A stretch of DNA of 64,000 bases from an uncultured Spirochaetia bacterium (GTDB taxonomy: Bacteria > Desulfobacterota_D > UBA1144 > Nemesobacterales > JADFKM01), in contig CAZXEJ010000003.1 of assembly GCA_964639895.1 (NCBI GenBank), forward strand, positions 5,361 through 69,360. Direction: 5' to 3'. The first letter of the stretch is position 1. Every line of letters begins with the position of its first letter. Under the pieces are notes generated by a model that did not search any database, had not been told where the DNA came from, and was given only the letters and a program-made list of their open reading frames with translations. Below are positions 47,391 to 58,010 of this stretch, in pieces. The position numbers were made by a program, and so were the translations under genes.

Positions 47391-48661
47391 GTTGGCTGTC
47401 TCCTGGGGCGTAACCGCCCGAAACTGTAATCTTATCATATGGACGCAGCTTGTCACCAGCGGGTGACACCCTCTCTGCTGCGCTCGGCCGCGCCGATGGA
47501 GTGTGCCGTCTATAGGTGTTATACCTGATGCGGTCTGGGGATTCATGGTCTGCGGCCGTGGCGGGGCGCCTGTCCGGCCTCTATCTTCCAATACGTAGAG
47601 GCCCTTCTGCCGCCGCTTCTGGCGGGCAAAGGTTTGGCGATGTTCTTGCTTGCCATACTCGGCGCCGACCGTGCACAGGGTGGGCTGCGTCAGGCCGCGG
47701 GGGCGACACGCTGGGGCCCTTTGGTGGATGCGAGCGGCGATTGAGGAGGAACACCGATCACCTGCCGCGCTTTGACGGGGCGGCGTGGAATCTCCCCGCG
47801 GTCGCCCATGCGCAACCCCCCCCGTACCACTCGTAGCAAGTAGCGTTGAGCGCCGTGCCTCTACGCGCGGCTGCGGAGTGGTATGGTGGCACGCTTGATG
47901 TAGGTTGAGAGTGTATATAGATACATCGCTTATCGGTCAGCCCACCGGGCCTGCCGTGGTTGCGGGAGAATGGGCGGATTCCCTCGGCCGTGTGGTGGCC
48001 GATGTCGGCTGGAGAGATACGGTCCCGAGAGAGGGTGTCGCCTCTTTCGTGCGGCCACTGTGGTCGGGTGGGGGTTGCTCTACCCCGCGCCGGGACTGTC
48101 AATACGGTGTGGCCGTGCGGTTAGGTCCTACACCCCGCAGCGGGGCCTCAAGGCCGCAAGGGGAGGAGTGGACACGGCTGTTTGCGCGGGGGCTTCTTCG
48201 CTCAAGGGGGTCTCTGCGCCCTCGGTCTTCCTACTTACCCCTCCCCCCGCTTCCTTCCCGCAGGCGCTGTCGTCGCGGTGCAGCGTTCCCCTTCCGGCTC
48301 AGTTTCATGGCTCGTGGTACCGGGCCGGCAACGGCCCCAGTATTACCCGTCGTGTGTAGCCCCCTCCATCGCAGTGGGTCGTTACAACTACCCAAGCCGT
48401 GCAGCGGGAAAGTGAGGTTGTGCGTGGTCCCATCCCGGCGCATGGGTGGTGGAGACGGGAAGGGTCGCCGCGCTCGCCTCTTGTGACAACGCTCGTTGCG
48501 GCCTTGGAGCCAAGTTGCGCCCCGCATGAGGGACGGGCGGTCAAAGGGGCCGCTTCCTTCGGGGGGAGCGGCCGCTGCGATGCGCCGTACAACGCGGTGG
48601 CTCGGGCACAGAGTGTTTGGGCGCGGCCGATGGGCCCCGCGGGAGGGAGGAGGCCCGATCC

Positions 48662-50251
48662 TCAGGGTGCGTCGTCGTGGCGTGGGGAAACGGGCGGAAG
48701 ATTCCTTGTCTCGGTGCGGGCGGTCGAGTATTTGTGCGCCCGCTGGTGTACCTGCTGGCGAAGGCTCAGCACCGAGGGCTCGATCCTGGAGAGGAACGGC
48801 TTCGGGAACACACCCATCACCACCATCATTACCGCGATTGGCAACAGGACGAACACCTCGCGTACGCCCAGGTCGAGCAAGACCTTGTTCTCTTTCTTGT
48901 CGAGCGGACCCAGCATCACCTTCTGGTAGGCCCACAGCATGTAGACGGCACCCAGAATGACGCCCGTCGCTCCCAACGCGGCCCACGTGTAGTCGTAGCG
49001 GAACACCCCCAGCAGGAGCAGGAACTCGCCCACGAAGCCGTTGAGCATAGGCAGCCCGATGGAGGAGAGCACCGACAGGAGGAAAAACGCGGCGAAGACG
49101 GGCATCACCTTGGCCAGGCCGCCCATCTCGGCTATGGCCTTCGTGTGCCTCCTCTCGTAGATCATCCCCACGACGAGGAACAAGGCGCCGGTCGAGAGGC
49201 CGTGGTTGAGCATCTGGTATACGGCCCCCTGGATGCCCTGGGTTGTGAAGACCAGCACCCCCAGCATGATGAGTCCCATGTGGCTTACGCTCGAATAGGC
49301 GACCAGCTTCTTAAGGTCGCCCTGCGCGAAGGCCACCATGGCGCCGTAGATGATTCCCACTATGGCGAGAGCGGCCAGGTACGGGAGAAACAGGGCCACC
49401 GCGTCGGGAAACAGCGGTACGAGAAAGCGGAGGAAGGCGTAAGAGCCCATCTTGAGCAGCAGTGCGGCCAGGATGACGCTTCCGGCCGTCGGGGCCTCGA
49501 CGTGCGCGTCGGGGAGCCACGTGTGGAAGGGGAACAGTGGGATCTTGATGGCGAAGGCGAGTGCGAACGCCAGGAAGCACAGCGACTGCGGACTGAAGAC
49601 GCCGTCGAACGGCACGTGGAGGCGCAGCAGGTCGAAGTAGTCGAGCGAGGGACGGGAGAACTGCTCGACGTGCAGGCCCCAGAGGTACAGTATCGCGACC
49701 AGCATGAGGGCGCTTCCGAAGGCGGTGTAGAGGAAGAATTTTACGGCCGCATGGATACGCCGCTCGCTCCCCCAGATGCCTATCATGAAGTACATCGGTA
49801 TGAGGACGGCCTCCCAGAAGACAAAGAACAACGCGAGGTCGAGAGCCGTGAACGTGCCTATCAGCGCGCTCTCGATCAGAAGCAACAGGGAATGGAACAG
49901 GCCCACGCCCTCGTCGACGGCGCGCCAGGCGCTGAGCACGACTATGGGCGTTATGAAGGTGGTCAACAGCACGAGGAACAGGCTTATACCGTCCACCCCA
50001 ACGTGGTAGCTAATGCCGAGCGACTCTATCCAAGGGGCGCGGTACTCGAACTGCATTCCCGCAACACCGGTGTGGAAGTTGACGAAAAGCGGAATGGATA
50101 GGATGAACTCGGCGGCGCTCACCACGAGCACGGTCCGCCTGATGGCGTCTCGGGCGGTGGGCCGGAGGAGTGAGACGGCAAGCACTATGGGAATGCCGAT
50201 AAGTGGAAAGAAGGTGACGATGCGCAAATCACCGCTCAGGACGGCATCCAC
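48662..50251 (-). CDS. NuoM/NuoL/MrpD-family proton-translocating antiporter-like subunit (14 TM), orphan
   Basis: PF00361-type core (..WLPDAHVEAPTAGSVILAALLLKMG.., ..LVAYSSVSHMGLIMLG..); no other nuo/mrp/hyf genes adjacent. Confidence 0.85.
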   Translation of the reverse strand: MDAVLSGDLRIVTFFPLIGIPIVLAVSLLRPTARDAIRRTVLVVSAAEFILSIPLFVNFHTGVAGMQFEYRAPWIESLGISYHVGVDGISLFLVLLTTFITPIVVLSAWRAVDEGVGLFHSLLLLIESALIGTFTALDLALFFVFWEAVLIPMYFMIGIWGSERRIHAAVKFFLYTAFGSALMLVAILYLWGLHVEQFSRPSLDYFDLLRLHVPFDGVFSPQSLCFLAFALAFAIKIPLFPFHTWLPDAHVEAPTAGSVILAALLLKMGSYAFLRFLVPLFPDAVALFLPYLAALAIVGIIYGAMVAFAQGDLKKLVAYSSVSHMGLIMLGVLVFTTQGIQGAVYQMLNHGLSTGALFLVVGMIYERRHTKAIAEMGGLAKVMPVFAAFFLLSVLSSIGLPMLNGFVGEFLLLLGVFRYDYTWAALGATGVILGAVYMLWAYQKVMLGPLDKKENKVLLDLGVREVFVLLPIAVMMVVMGVFPKPFLSRIEPSVLSLRQQVHQRAHKYSTARTETRNLPPVSPRHDDAP

Positions 50252-50835
50252 TTTGGGGGGTCCTCCCGTGTAAGGAAACTGTCTCGGAGACGCCGGATTA
50301 CTATACTATAGAGCGCAGGGGTTCTCAACTCCGTACCTACCCCGTTATGATGGGGGCCAGAGGGATCCCCCGGCACCGAGTCTCGGAGTAGGCGTGTGCT
50401 GGTGGCGGGGGGCCTGTTCAGTGCGTAAAGAGAGTGAATGGTGCGTATCGATCACGCTTTATAGGAGTTGTACGCGGTGCGGACGGCTACTACATCGTGG
50501 CGAGATCCGGCGGGGGCTTCGTTAATCCGTTGGCTGCCTTCCTAAGGGCGGCATACGGCCGGGTGGTCCATGAACAGCCGGGGAGCTGCTCGCCGATGTG
50601 ACCGTTGTAGCCCGCCTGCTTTGCACCGTTTCCCTGCTGAATCACTGGTGCAAGAATCGACGTCCTTGCTCTCAAGCGACCGTTGAGTTTCTGCCAGGTC
50701 GTCGCCCTTGCTGCGCACGACCGAAGCATGCCCGATGGCGCATCGGTTGCGGGCCACTCGGAATGACGATGCCGTTGACACGCGGGGAGAATCAGGTATA
50801 AAAGGCAAGTAATTACCATTTAAGGAGTGACAACC

Positions 50836-51876
50836 ATGCGCACCGTATACGCGGTAGTCGTAGCTTTCGCCATCTCTCTCTTCCTCATCGCTACCACGCA
50901 GGGCCGCGGTACCGACCTGAGGCAGAAGGCTCGCGCTCTTTTCAAGCCACTTCCCCAGGAGATGCCGGCGCCGCCTGACAACCCCACCACGCGTGCCAAG
51001 GTGGCCCTCGGTAAGAAGCTTTACTACGACCCGCGTCTTTCCAAGAGCGGTGTCGTAAGCTGTAACAGCTGCCACAACCTGGCCACCTTCGGCTCGGACA
51101 ACGTAAGCACCTCGCTGGGCCACAAGTTCCAGACGGGCGGCCGTAACGCCCCCACCGTGCTCAACGCCGGTTTCCAGGTGGCCCAGTTCTGGGACGGCAG
51201 GGCTTCGAGTCTTGAGGAGCAGGCCAAGGGGCCGATTCTCAATCCGCTCGAGATGGCGATGCCGGACGAAGAGGCCGTCATCAAGAGGATAAGGTCTATC
51301 CCGGGCTACGTCGACGGTTTCCGCGAGGTCTTCAAGGGCCAGAAGGACCCGATCACCTATGACAACCTGGCCAAGGCCATTGCTGCGTTCGAGAGGACGC
51401 TGGTCACGCCGGCTCCCTTCGACCGCTACCTGCTCGGGGACGAGGATGCACTCACCGAGAAGCAGAAAAAGGGGCTCGCCTTGTTCATAGAGAAGGGATG
51501 CGCCGGCTGTCACAACGGTGTGGCCGTGGGAGGCGGCTCGTTCCAGAAGTTCGGCGTCGTCAACCCCTATCCGCATCAGAAAGACCTCGGCCGCTACAAG
51601 GTAACCAAGAAGGACACGGACAAACACGTATTCAAGGTGCCCGTCCTGAGGAACGTCACGCGCACCTATCCCTACTTCCACGACGGCAAGGTGTGGGACA
51701 TAAGGGAGGCCGTGCGCATAATGGGATGGACTCAGCTGGGGCTCAAGCTCAACCCGGAAGAGGTCGACAACATCGTGGCGTTCCTGGAATCGCTGACGGG
51801 CGAGATCCCCGAGGATGCGCTGCGGCTCCCCGTGTTGCCGCCCTCGTCGCCGGATACCCCTAAACCCTCGCTGTAG
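50836..51876 (+). CDS. Di-haem cytochrome c peroxidase (CCP/MauG family)
   Basis: AAGGAG 8 nt before ATG; signal peptide; two CxxCH (SCNSCHN, GCAGCHN), ..FWDGRASSLEEQAKGPILNPLEM.., Ca-site ..PYFHDG.. Confidence 0.9.
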   Translation: MRTVYAVVVAFAISLFLIATTQGRGTDLRQKARALFKPLPQEMPAPPDNPTTRAKVALGKKLYYDPRLSKSGVVSCNSCHNLATFGSDNVSTSLGHKFQTGGRNAPTVLNAGFQVAQFWDGRASSLEEQAKGPILNPLEMAMPDEEAVIKRIRSIPGYVDGFREVFKGQKDPITYDNLAKAIAAFERTLVTPAPFDRYLLGDEDALTEKQKKGLALFIEKGCAGCHNGVAVGGGSFQKFGVVNPYPHQKDLGRYKVTKKDTDKHVFKVPVLRNVTRTYPYFHDGKVWDIREAVRIMGWTQLGLKLNPEEVDNIVAFLESLTGEIPEDALRLPVLPPSSPDTPKPSL

Positions 51877-53013
51877 ACGGGCAGGGCCGGCGCCGAACCG
51901 GGCTGAACCGGCCGCTATGGAACATCTGGCGGGGTGGCGACGGCTTCTGTAGGGGGACGGCGGTTGTGAGGGGTGGGCCTCCTTCCCGACTGGGTATGTC
52001 CCTTCGCGATCTTCCTTGCGGGGTGGGCTCTCAGCCGAAGCATGCGACCTGACTCGTGGCATGAGGGGTGTCCTGGAGCGGTTCCTTGGGCTATGGCCTC
52101 GTGCTTGGGGGCGAGACGGTGCCGTAAGGTGCCGCTCATGCCGTAAGGGGTCTCGAAACGTGTTCCGCTTGCCGTGGGGGGGACGCTTTCAAGGGCGGCC
52201 CACGCCTTGTGGCGGTGACGGAAGGTAAGGGGCGGTATCTCCGTCGGGCTCAGAAGATGTACAGGGCCGCACCCTCGCCCATGGGATTCGCCCGGGTTTG
52301 ACTGAACACTCGCCTGCGCCGGCGTATACGACGAGGCCTCGGATTGCGCCGTCTCCTGAGGCGATACAGGCCGGATGGTGGTGGGATGGTGCCCTGTACG
52401 CCGGTGTGCGTTGTGATCCCGCACCACGGCTTCCCACTATCCACCCGCTCCGCCGCCCCCGTCGAGGGGGGTAGGGGTTTCGCGCCGGCTTTCACCGCCT
52501 TCTCCCCCCGCCCCAGTGCGTTTTAGCGCACCGCGCCGCTTCCTTTCGCCGACCTTCCCCCGGGACGAGCCTCCCTCCCGCCACGGCCCGACCATGCCCC
52601 TACCTTTTCCCTCCACCCGCAGCACCCCTTACGCCTAGACGGATATTGCGCCCTTGGCGGACGTCTCTGTGGTGGGACGGGCCGAGGCGGGCCTTGGTGT
52701 ATGCCGCCCCCCCGGTACCAGACGACGGCGGTGGCCTTGGCGGGAAAACACCCCTTTGCGCTCTGCATCCTCATACGACGTCCGTTCGTGCCGCCCGCGC
52801 TGGACGAAGAGAGCTCTCCGGTAGTGGGGCGGAAAACCGAGGTTTCCTTTCTCCACCGGACCGGCCCGTTCGCCTCCCCCAGTTGGGGATGAGTGAGCCC
52901 GTTCCCTCTTTCAACCCCTCGTCCCCCTAGGTTTCTTCAGCCCAAAGATGCCGAAATTGGCCATAAGGCGCGTTGTTTGGTATCCTAATGGAAACCACTC
53001 TACGAGGTCATCC

Positions 53014-53469
53014 ATGAGCGAAGGAACGATACAACCGGGCGCCGAGGTCAAGGGAATCCACATAAAGCTTCTGGACAAGACGCTCATGAAGATGTTCGCC
53101 GACAGCGGGCGGAAACCTCTGAGGCTGAGGCTCAGGGAGATAGACGCCGAGGACGAGAGCCACTTCTCGGTCGACCTGTCTTTACTTGCCGTGGAGGAGG
53201 AGCTCCCCCCAGGTGACGAGGTCGTAGACATCGACCGCCTCTCGGCCTTCGAGCTCCACTTCGATTTCGACCTCGCCACCTTCCTCGACAGGACGGTCGC
53301 CGTCCTCACCTCTTCGGCCACCCGGCTCTTCAACGCCCTGTTCGTCCCCTTTCTCGAGGTCGAGTGCGTGGTGGCGCACCACGGTGATGGCTGGAAGATA
53401 GTGCTTACCGAGATCGTGGAGCGGGAGCCGGAGAAGGACCAGTCGGATTTCGAGGAGATACAGTACTGA
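53014..53469 (+). CDS. Hypothetical acidic protein (151 aa)
   Basis: ATG 53014 (MSEGTIQPGAEVKGIHIKLLDK...), protein-like composition, ends ..EREPEKDQSDFEEIQY; no recognisable domain. Confidence 0.45.
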   Translation: MSEGTIQPGAEVKGIHIKLLDKTLMKMFADSGRKPLRLRLREIDAEDESHFSVDLSLLAVEEELPPGDEVVDIDRLSAFELHFDFDLATFLDRTVAVLTSSATRLFNALFVPFLEVECVVAHHGDGWKIVLTEIVEREPEKDQSDFEEIQY

Positions 53470-54173
53470 GCGCGGCCACGTCCATGCCCCGAGTGCGGAA
53501 AGCGACGATGTGACCCCGCTCCGGACGTCGGGCGGGTGCTGATCTCCAGCCTCGCAGGCATGCTTTGGCCCCTGGCCCCAGCGCGCGGGGAAGAGGGCCA
53601 AGAGGTCTCCGGAGCCGTTTAAGCGGTGCGGGGGCTTTACGCGTCGGGCCGTCTTTCTTCTTCCAACCAAGGTGCACGTGAGGCTGAGATTCACCGTGGA
53701 GTAGATGGGTTGCATGGGCTGCTATACCGGGGCGAGGAGAGCAGTGGCACCACTCTCCCCCCCGCCACACCTCTCAACCGCTTGGGACACGGCATGGGGG
53801 AGGTCCGCCGCTGTGGGCGGCCGTCGCTCACCCGGAGAACGCTTCGGGCCGGCACAGCTTATATCAGCGGCTTTTCTTCAACTCCCAGCCCAATGCGGCC
53901 TCGTCCTCTCCCCCTACGGCATCCGACCCGCCCCCTGGTTTCTTGGACGAGAGTTTCTACGCGGGTTCGGCTCACACTCTGGGCGGAGCTGGTCCGGCTC
54001 GCCGAGTTGATGCGGCATTGAGTAACAACGGCGGGTTTAGTATCATAAATAGCTGCGGGTGGCTCCAGCCCCCGTGCCGCGCGGCGCGCGGAGGCTGAGT
54101 GTCGGGCGCTGCTCCACCCTGAGGGGTGAAAAGCGGCGTGCATACTCCTTTTCGGTTCGGAGGTCAGTCGTTG

Positions 54174-54491
54174 ATGGAAAGGATAATGAAGCGCATCAAG
54201 GAGATGCTTGAGAAGAGCGGGACCTTGGAGGTTCAGGAAGGGGTAGTCCCTCCCATAATGGAGGTGAGACTTATAGAACACTCCGTCTACTTCTCCGACT
54301 CGGGCCGAGGGACGGCTGCAAGGGTAGTGTTTACAGGCAAGGACTTCGAGGAGGCCTACCGCGTTCTGTCCGAGTCCGTACTCGAAGGGAACGCCGTCGT
54401 CGAGCGCAACGTGGAAGACGTCTACATGATGTATCTCAAGAACTTCTGCAAGGACTTCATCGAGGCATACGATGACGAGAGGAGGCAGTAG
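54174..54491 (+). CDS. Hypothetical small protein (105 aa)
   Basis: MERIMKRIKEMLEKSGTLEVQEGVVPPIMEVRLIEHSVYF...; stop immediately before GTG start of acyl-CoA synthetase. Confidence 0.45.
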   Translation: MERIMKRIKEMLEKSGTLEVQEGVVPPIMEVRLIEHSVYFSDSGRGTAARVVFTGKDFEEAYRVLSESVLEGNAVVERNVEDVYMMYLKNFCKDFIEAYDDERRQ

Positions 54492-54492
54492 C

Positions 54493-56157
54493 GTGACGCC
54501 CTCCGAGCGGGGGCCTTCTGGCGTCGGTGCGGCCGATGGGTTCGACTACGAGGAGCTGCAGCGCCGCTGGAAGTGGGTAGTGCCGCGCAGGTTCAACATC
54601 GGCCGCGACTGTACGGACAAGTGGGCCGCGCTCGAGAGCCACCGGGAGAAGGTGGCCCTGTACTTCGAGGACGACCGGGGCAGGGAGGAACGCTACACGT
54701 TCGGCGAGCTCGCCCTTCTCACCAACCGCGCGGCCAACGCCCTCTTGTCGCTCGGGTTCAGGAAGGGCGACCGCTTGGTGATAAGGCTTCCCAACCTGCC
54801 GGCCTATCCCTTAGTGTTTCTCGGCGCTCTCAAGGCGGGCATCGTGCCCGTGCCCACGAGCTACATGCTCACGGCCGAGGAGCTCGCCTACATAGTTGAA
54901 GACTGCGGCGCCAAGGGAGTGCTCACCGTGGAGGCGCTCTATGACGCCGTCGACGATGTGCGTACGGCTTCGCGCTCGCTCGCGCACGTTATAGTGGCCG
55001 AGGGCCGCGTGCCGTCCTCGTGCGTGGGGCTCGAGGCGCTGATGGCCCGCTCGCCCGACGTGCTGGACGTCCCGCTCACCGAGGCCGAGGACGTGGCCTA
55101 CATGTGCTACACCTCCGGCACCACCGGGTTTCCCAAGGGTGTGGTGCACGCCCACCGCGCCCTCATAGGGCGCGACCCGGCCGCCCGTTTCTGGCTGGCC
55201 CTGAGGCCGGGTGATACGGTGATGCACGCCGGCAAGCTCAACTGGACCTACACGCTCGGCACCGGCTGCCTCGATCCCTGGCGCCACGGCTGTTCGGCCG
55301 TCATCTGGGGCGGCGAGCACGACGTGGAGAGCTTCTTCCGCCTCATAGCCAAGTACTCCGTCGACCTGTTCATGGCCGTACCCACCGTCTACAGGCACAT
55401 GTTGCGTTCCCCTGGCCGCGGCAAGGCCGACCTGGCCACACTGAGGCACGCTCTCAGTGCGGGCGAGCACCTAAGCGAGGAGCTCTTCCATGCCTTTCGC
55501 GACCGCTTCGGCGTCGAGCTCTATGACGGGCTGGGGATGACGGAGTTCAGCTACTACCTCTCCAACATGCCGGGCATGCCCATCAAGCCCGGCTCCCCGG
55601 GCAAGCCCCAGCCGGGGCACCGCTCGGTGTTGCTCGGCGAGGACTGCCGTCCCGTACCGCCCGGCGAGACGGGCGTACTGGCCACCCCGCGCGACGATCC
55701 CGGCGTGATGCTTCGCTACTGGGGATTGCCCGAAGAGAGCGAGAACAGGTTCTGCGGGCCTTGGTTCGTAAGCGGCGACTACTTTTATACGGATGAAGAC
55801 GGCTACTACTGGATCGTGGGCCGTAAGGACGACCTTATAACGACGTTCGGCTACCGCGTAAGCCCCTTCGAGGTCGAACGTGTCCTGGCCCGACACCCGG
55901 CCGTGGCCGAGTGTGCGGTGGCCGGCATCAAGGTGGGGTTCGATAAAACCATCGTGGCTGCTTTCGTGGTCGTCAAGGGGTCCTACGGGGCCGGGGACGA
56001 TCTGCGCTCGGACATCCTCACCTATCTGGGGCGGCGCCTCGCCCACTACAAGTGTCCCAAGGAGCTCTACTTCCTCGACTCGATCCCCAAGACGATGAAC
56101 GGCAAGGTGTTGAGGCGGGAGCTTGTAGAGCGCTACAGCACCTACGAGGAGTTGTGA
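54493..56157 (+). CDS. AMP-dependent synthetase/ligase (acyl-CoA synthetase family)
   Basis: GAGGAGG then GTG 54493; AMP-binding motif MCYTSGTTGFPKGV, ..YGLTE.. , ..GDYFYTDEDGYYWIVGRKDD.., C-terminal ..PKTMNGKVLRREL.. Confidence 0.85.
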   Translation: MTPSERGPSGVGAADGFDYEELQRRWKWVVPRRFNIGRDCTDKWAALESHREKVALYFEDDRGREERYTFGELALLTNRAANALLSLGFRKGDRLVIRLPNLPAYPLVFLGALKAGIVPVPTSYMLTAEELAYIVEDCGAKGVLTVEALYDAVDDVRTASRSLAHVIVAEGRVPSSCVGLEALMARSPDVLDVPLTEAEDVAYMCYTSGTTGFPKGVVHAHRALIGRDPAARFWLALRPGDTVMHAGKLNWTYTLGTGCLDPWRHGCSAVIWGGEHDVESFFRLIAKYSVDLFMAVPTVYRHMLRSPGRGKADLATLRHALSAGEHLSEELFHAFRDRFGVELYDGLGMTEFSYYLSNMPGMPIKPGSPGKPQPGHRSVLLGEDCRPVPPGETGVLATPRDDPGVMLRYWGLPEESENRFCGPWFVSGDYFYTDEDGYYWIVGRKDDLITTFGYRVSPFEVERVLARHPAVAECAVAGIKVGFDKTIVAAFVVVKGSYGAGDDLRSDILTYLGRRLAHYKCPKELYFLDSIPKTMNGKVLRRELVERYSTYEEL

Positions 56158-56251
56158 GTGGCTCCCCGCTCCTCGCTCCCGAGCAAGCAGCGACATCGAG
56201 GGAAGGCCGTGTTTGAACAACTGCGGCCGGGCGTTTAACCTTTTATTTGGC

Positions 56252-56743
56252 ATGGGAAAATATGTACTCACGCTAGCGGTCGCATCCGTCGTCGTGGCGG
56301 CCGACCAGGTGACGAAGGCGCTGGTGCGCGCCTCGCTGGTGTTGCATTCGTCCGTTCCGGTCCTGCCGGTGCTGAACATCGTCCACTACCGCAACACGGG
56401 TGCCGCCTTCGGCATGCTGGATACGCTTTCCCCCGCCGTGCGCGGGCTCTTCTTCCTGCTCGTCCTCTGTGCGGCGCTGGTCGTGGTCGCGTACTTCATG
56501 TGGAAGACCCCCGCCCAGAGGACGGCCGTCCACGTGGCTCTCGCCCTCGTGCTGGGCGGTGCCGTGGCCAACTCCATCGACCGCCTCGCCTACGGATACG
56601 TGACCGATTTCATCGATCTACACTGGTTCGGCGACCCGAGGTTGCACTGGGCCGCCTTCAACCTGGCCGATTCCGCCATCACGGTGGGCGTCGTTCTGCT
56701 CATGCTGGAAGCGTTGAGAAAGCGAGGGGAGGTGCCGGGCTGA
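56252..56743 (+). CDS. lspA: Lipoprotein signal peptidase (signal peptidase II)
   Basis: ..ADQVTKALVRASL.., ..IVHYRNTGAAFG.., ..NSIDRLAYGYVTDFIDLHWF.. conserved LspA boxes; stop overlaps ribE start. Confidence 0.85.
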   Translation: MGKYVLTLAVASVVVAADQVTKALVRASLVLHSSVPVLPVLNIVHYRNTGAAFGMLDTLSPAVRGLFFLLVLCAALVVVAYFMWKTPAQRTAVHVALALVLGGAVANSIDRLAYGYVTDFIDLHWFGDPRLHWAAFNLADSAITVGVVLLMLEALRKRGEVPG

Positions 56744-57387
56744 TGTTTACGGGTATCGTCGAAGACGTAGGCCGTGTTGCGGCCGTCCGCCCCCGTGGAG
56801 GGGGCAGGGAGGTGGTTATAGCCCCGCGCAGGCTGGATGCCGCCTCGCTGGCCGAGGGTGAGAGCATAGCGGTCAACGGATGCTGCCTCACCGTGGAGAC
56901 GGCCTCGGCCGAGGGGTTCACCGTCTTCGCCTCGCACGAGACGCTGGCCCGCACCAACCTGGGCCGGGTCAAGGTGGGCGACGAGCTCAACCTCGAGCGT
57001 TCGGTGGCGGTGGGCGGGAGGCTCGGGGGACACATCGTGAACGGCCACGTCGACGGCGTGGGCAGGGTGAGCTCCGTGCGCCGGGTGGGGGGGTCGGTGG
57101 AGCTGCGTATAGCGCTTCCGCCCGGCCTCTCGCGCTACGTGGTGGAGAAAGGTTCCGTCGCCGTAGACGGCGTGAGTCTGACGGTGAACGAGGTGCGCGG
57201 GGATGAGTTTACGGTGAACATCATCCCCTACACACAGGACGTTACCACGCTTTCCCGTCTGCGGGAGGGCGACGTTGTGAACATCGAGTGCGATATACTG
57301 GCCAAGTACGTCGAGAGGCTGCTCGGCCGTGGCGGCGAGGGAGGCGGCGGGGACGAGGTGTTGTCGCAACTGCTCGAGAAGCTGTAA
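56743..57387 (+). CDS. ribE: Riboflavin synthase alpha chain
   Basis: MFTGIVEDVGRV...GESIAVNGCCLTV (repeat 1) and ..GSVAVDGVSLTVNEV (repeat 2). Confidence 0.9.
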   Translation: MFTGIVEDVGRVAAVRPRGGGREVVIAPRRLDAASLAEGESIAVNGCCLTVETASAEGFTVFASHETLARTNLGRVKVGDELNLERSVAVGGRLGGHIVNGHVDGVGRVSSVRRVGGSVELRIALPPGLSRYVVEKGSVAVDGVSLTVNEVRGDEFTVNIIPYTQDVTTLSRLREGDVVNIECDILAKYVERLLGRGGEGGGGDEVLSQLLEKL

Positions 57388-57403
57388 GGGAGGTGGAAGG
57401 GAG

Positions 57404-57928
57404 TTGGGCGCCGTTCGTATTGTCTATCTGGTGGGATTCATGGGCTCGGGCAAGTCCACGGTGGGCCGCTTGGTGGCCCGAAGGTTGGGGTGGGAGTTCG
57501 TCGACATGGACGGCCTCATCGAAGAGAGGGAGGGACGCACGGTGGGGGAGATCTTCGCCGCCGAGGGCGAGAAGGGGTTCCGACGTAAAGAGAAGGCCCT
57601 GCTAGGCGAGATCGCGGCCGGTGAGCGGCTGGTCGTGGCCACCGGAGGCGGAGTGGTGCTCGACGAGGACAACCGCCTCACCATGAGGCGCAGCGGGGTG
57701 AGCGTATACCTCAGGACGCCGTCAACGGTGGTGTGGAGTAGGATAAGGGACGAGGGAGGAAGGCCGCTGCTCGAGGTCGAGAACCCTTACGAGCGGGTGT
57801 GCGAGCTCATGCGCGAGAGGCAGCACCTCTACGAGCTCTCCGACTACGTGGTCGATACGGAGGGGCTGCCCCCGGACGAGGTGGCCGACCGCGTACTCTA
57901 CAAGCTTGGGCTCGGCGCAGTGGAGTGA
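57404..57928 (+). CDS. aroK: Shikimate kinase
   Basis: TTG 57404 after GGGAGG; P-loop VGFMGSGKSTVGR, ..DMDGLIEEREGRTVGEIF.., ..VVATGGGVV.. Confidence 0.8.
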   Translation: MGAVRIVYLVGFMGSGKSTVGRLVARRLGWEFVDMDGLIEEREGRTVGEIFAAEGEKGFRRKEKALLGEIAAGERLVVATGGGVVLDEDNRLTMRRSGVSVYLRTPSTVVWSRIRDEGGRPLLEVENPYERVCELMRERQHLYELSDYVVDTEGLPPDEVADRVLYKLGLGAVE

Positions 57929-58010
57929 GCCGGCGCAGAGGCGGGTGGGGCGGAGCTATTGATTCTGCGGCTTCGGTCGGCATAATTATTTACGGTTTCC
58001 CCTTAAGAGA

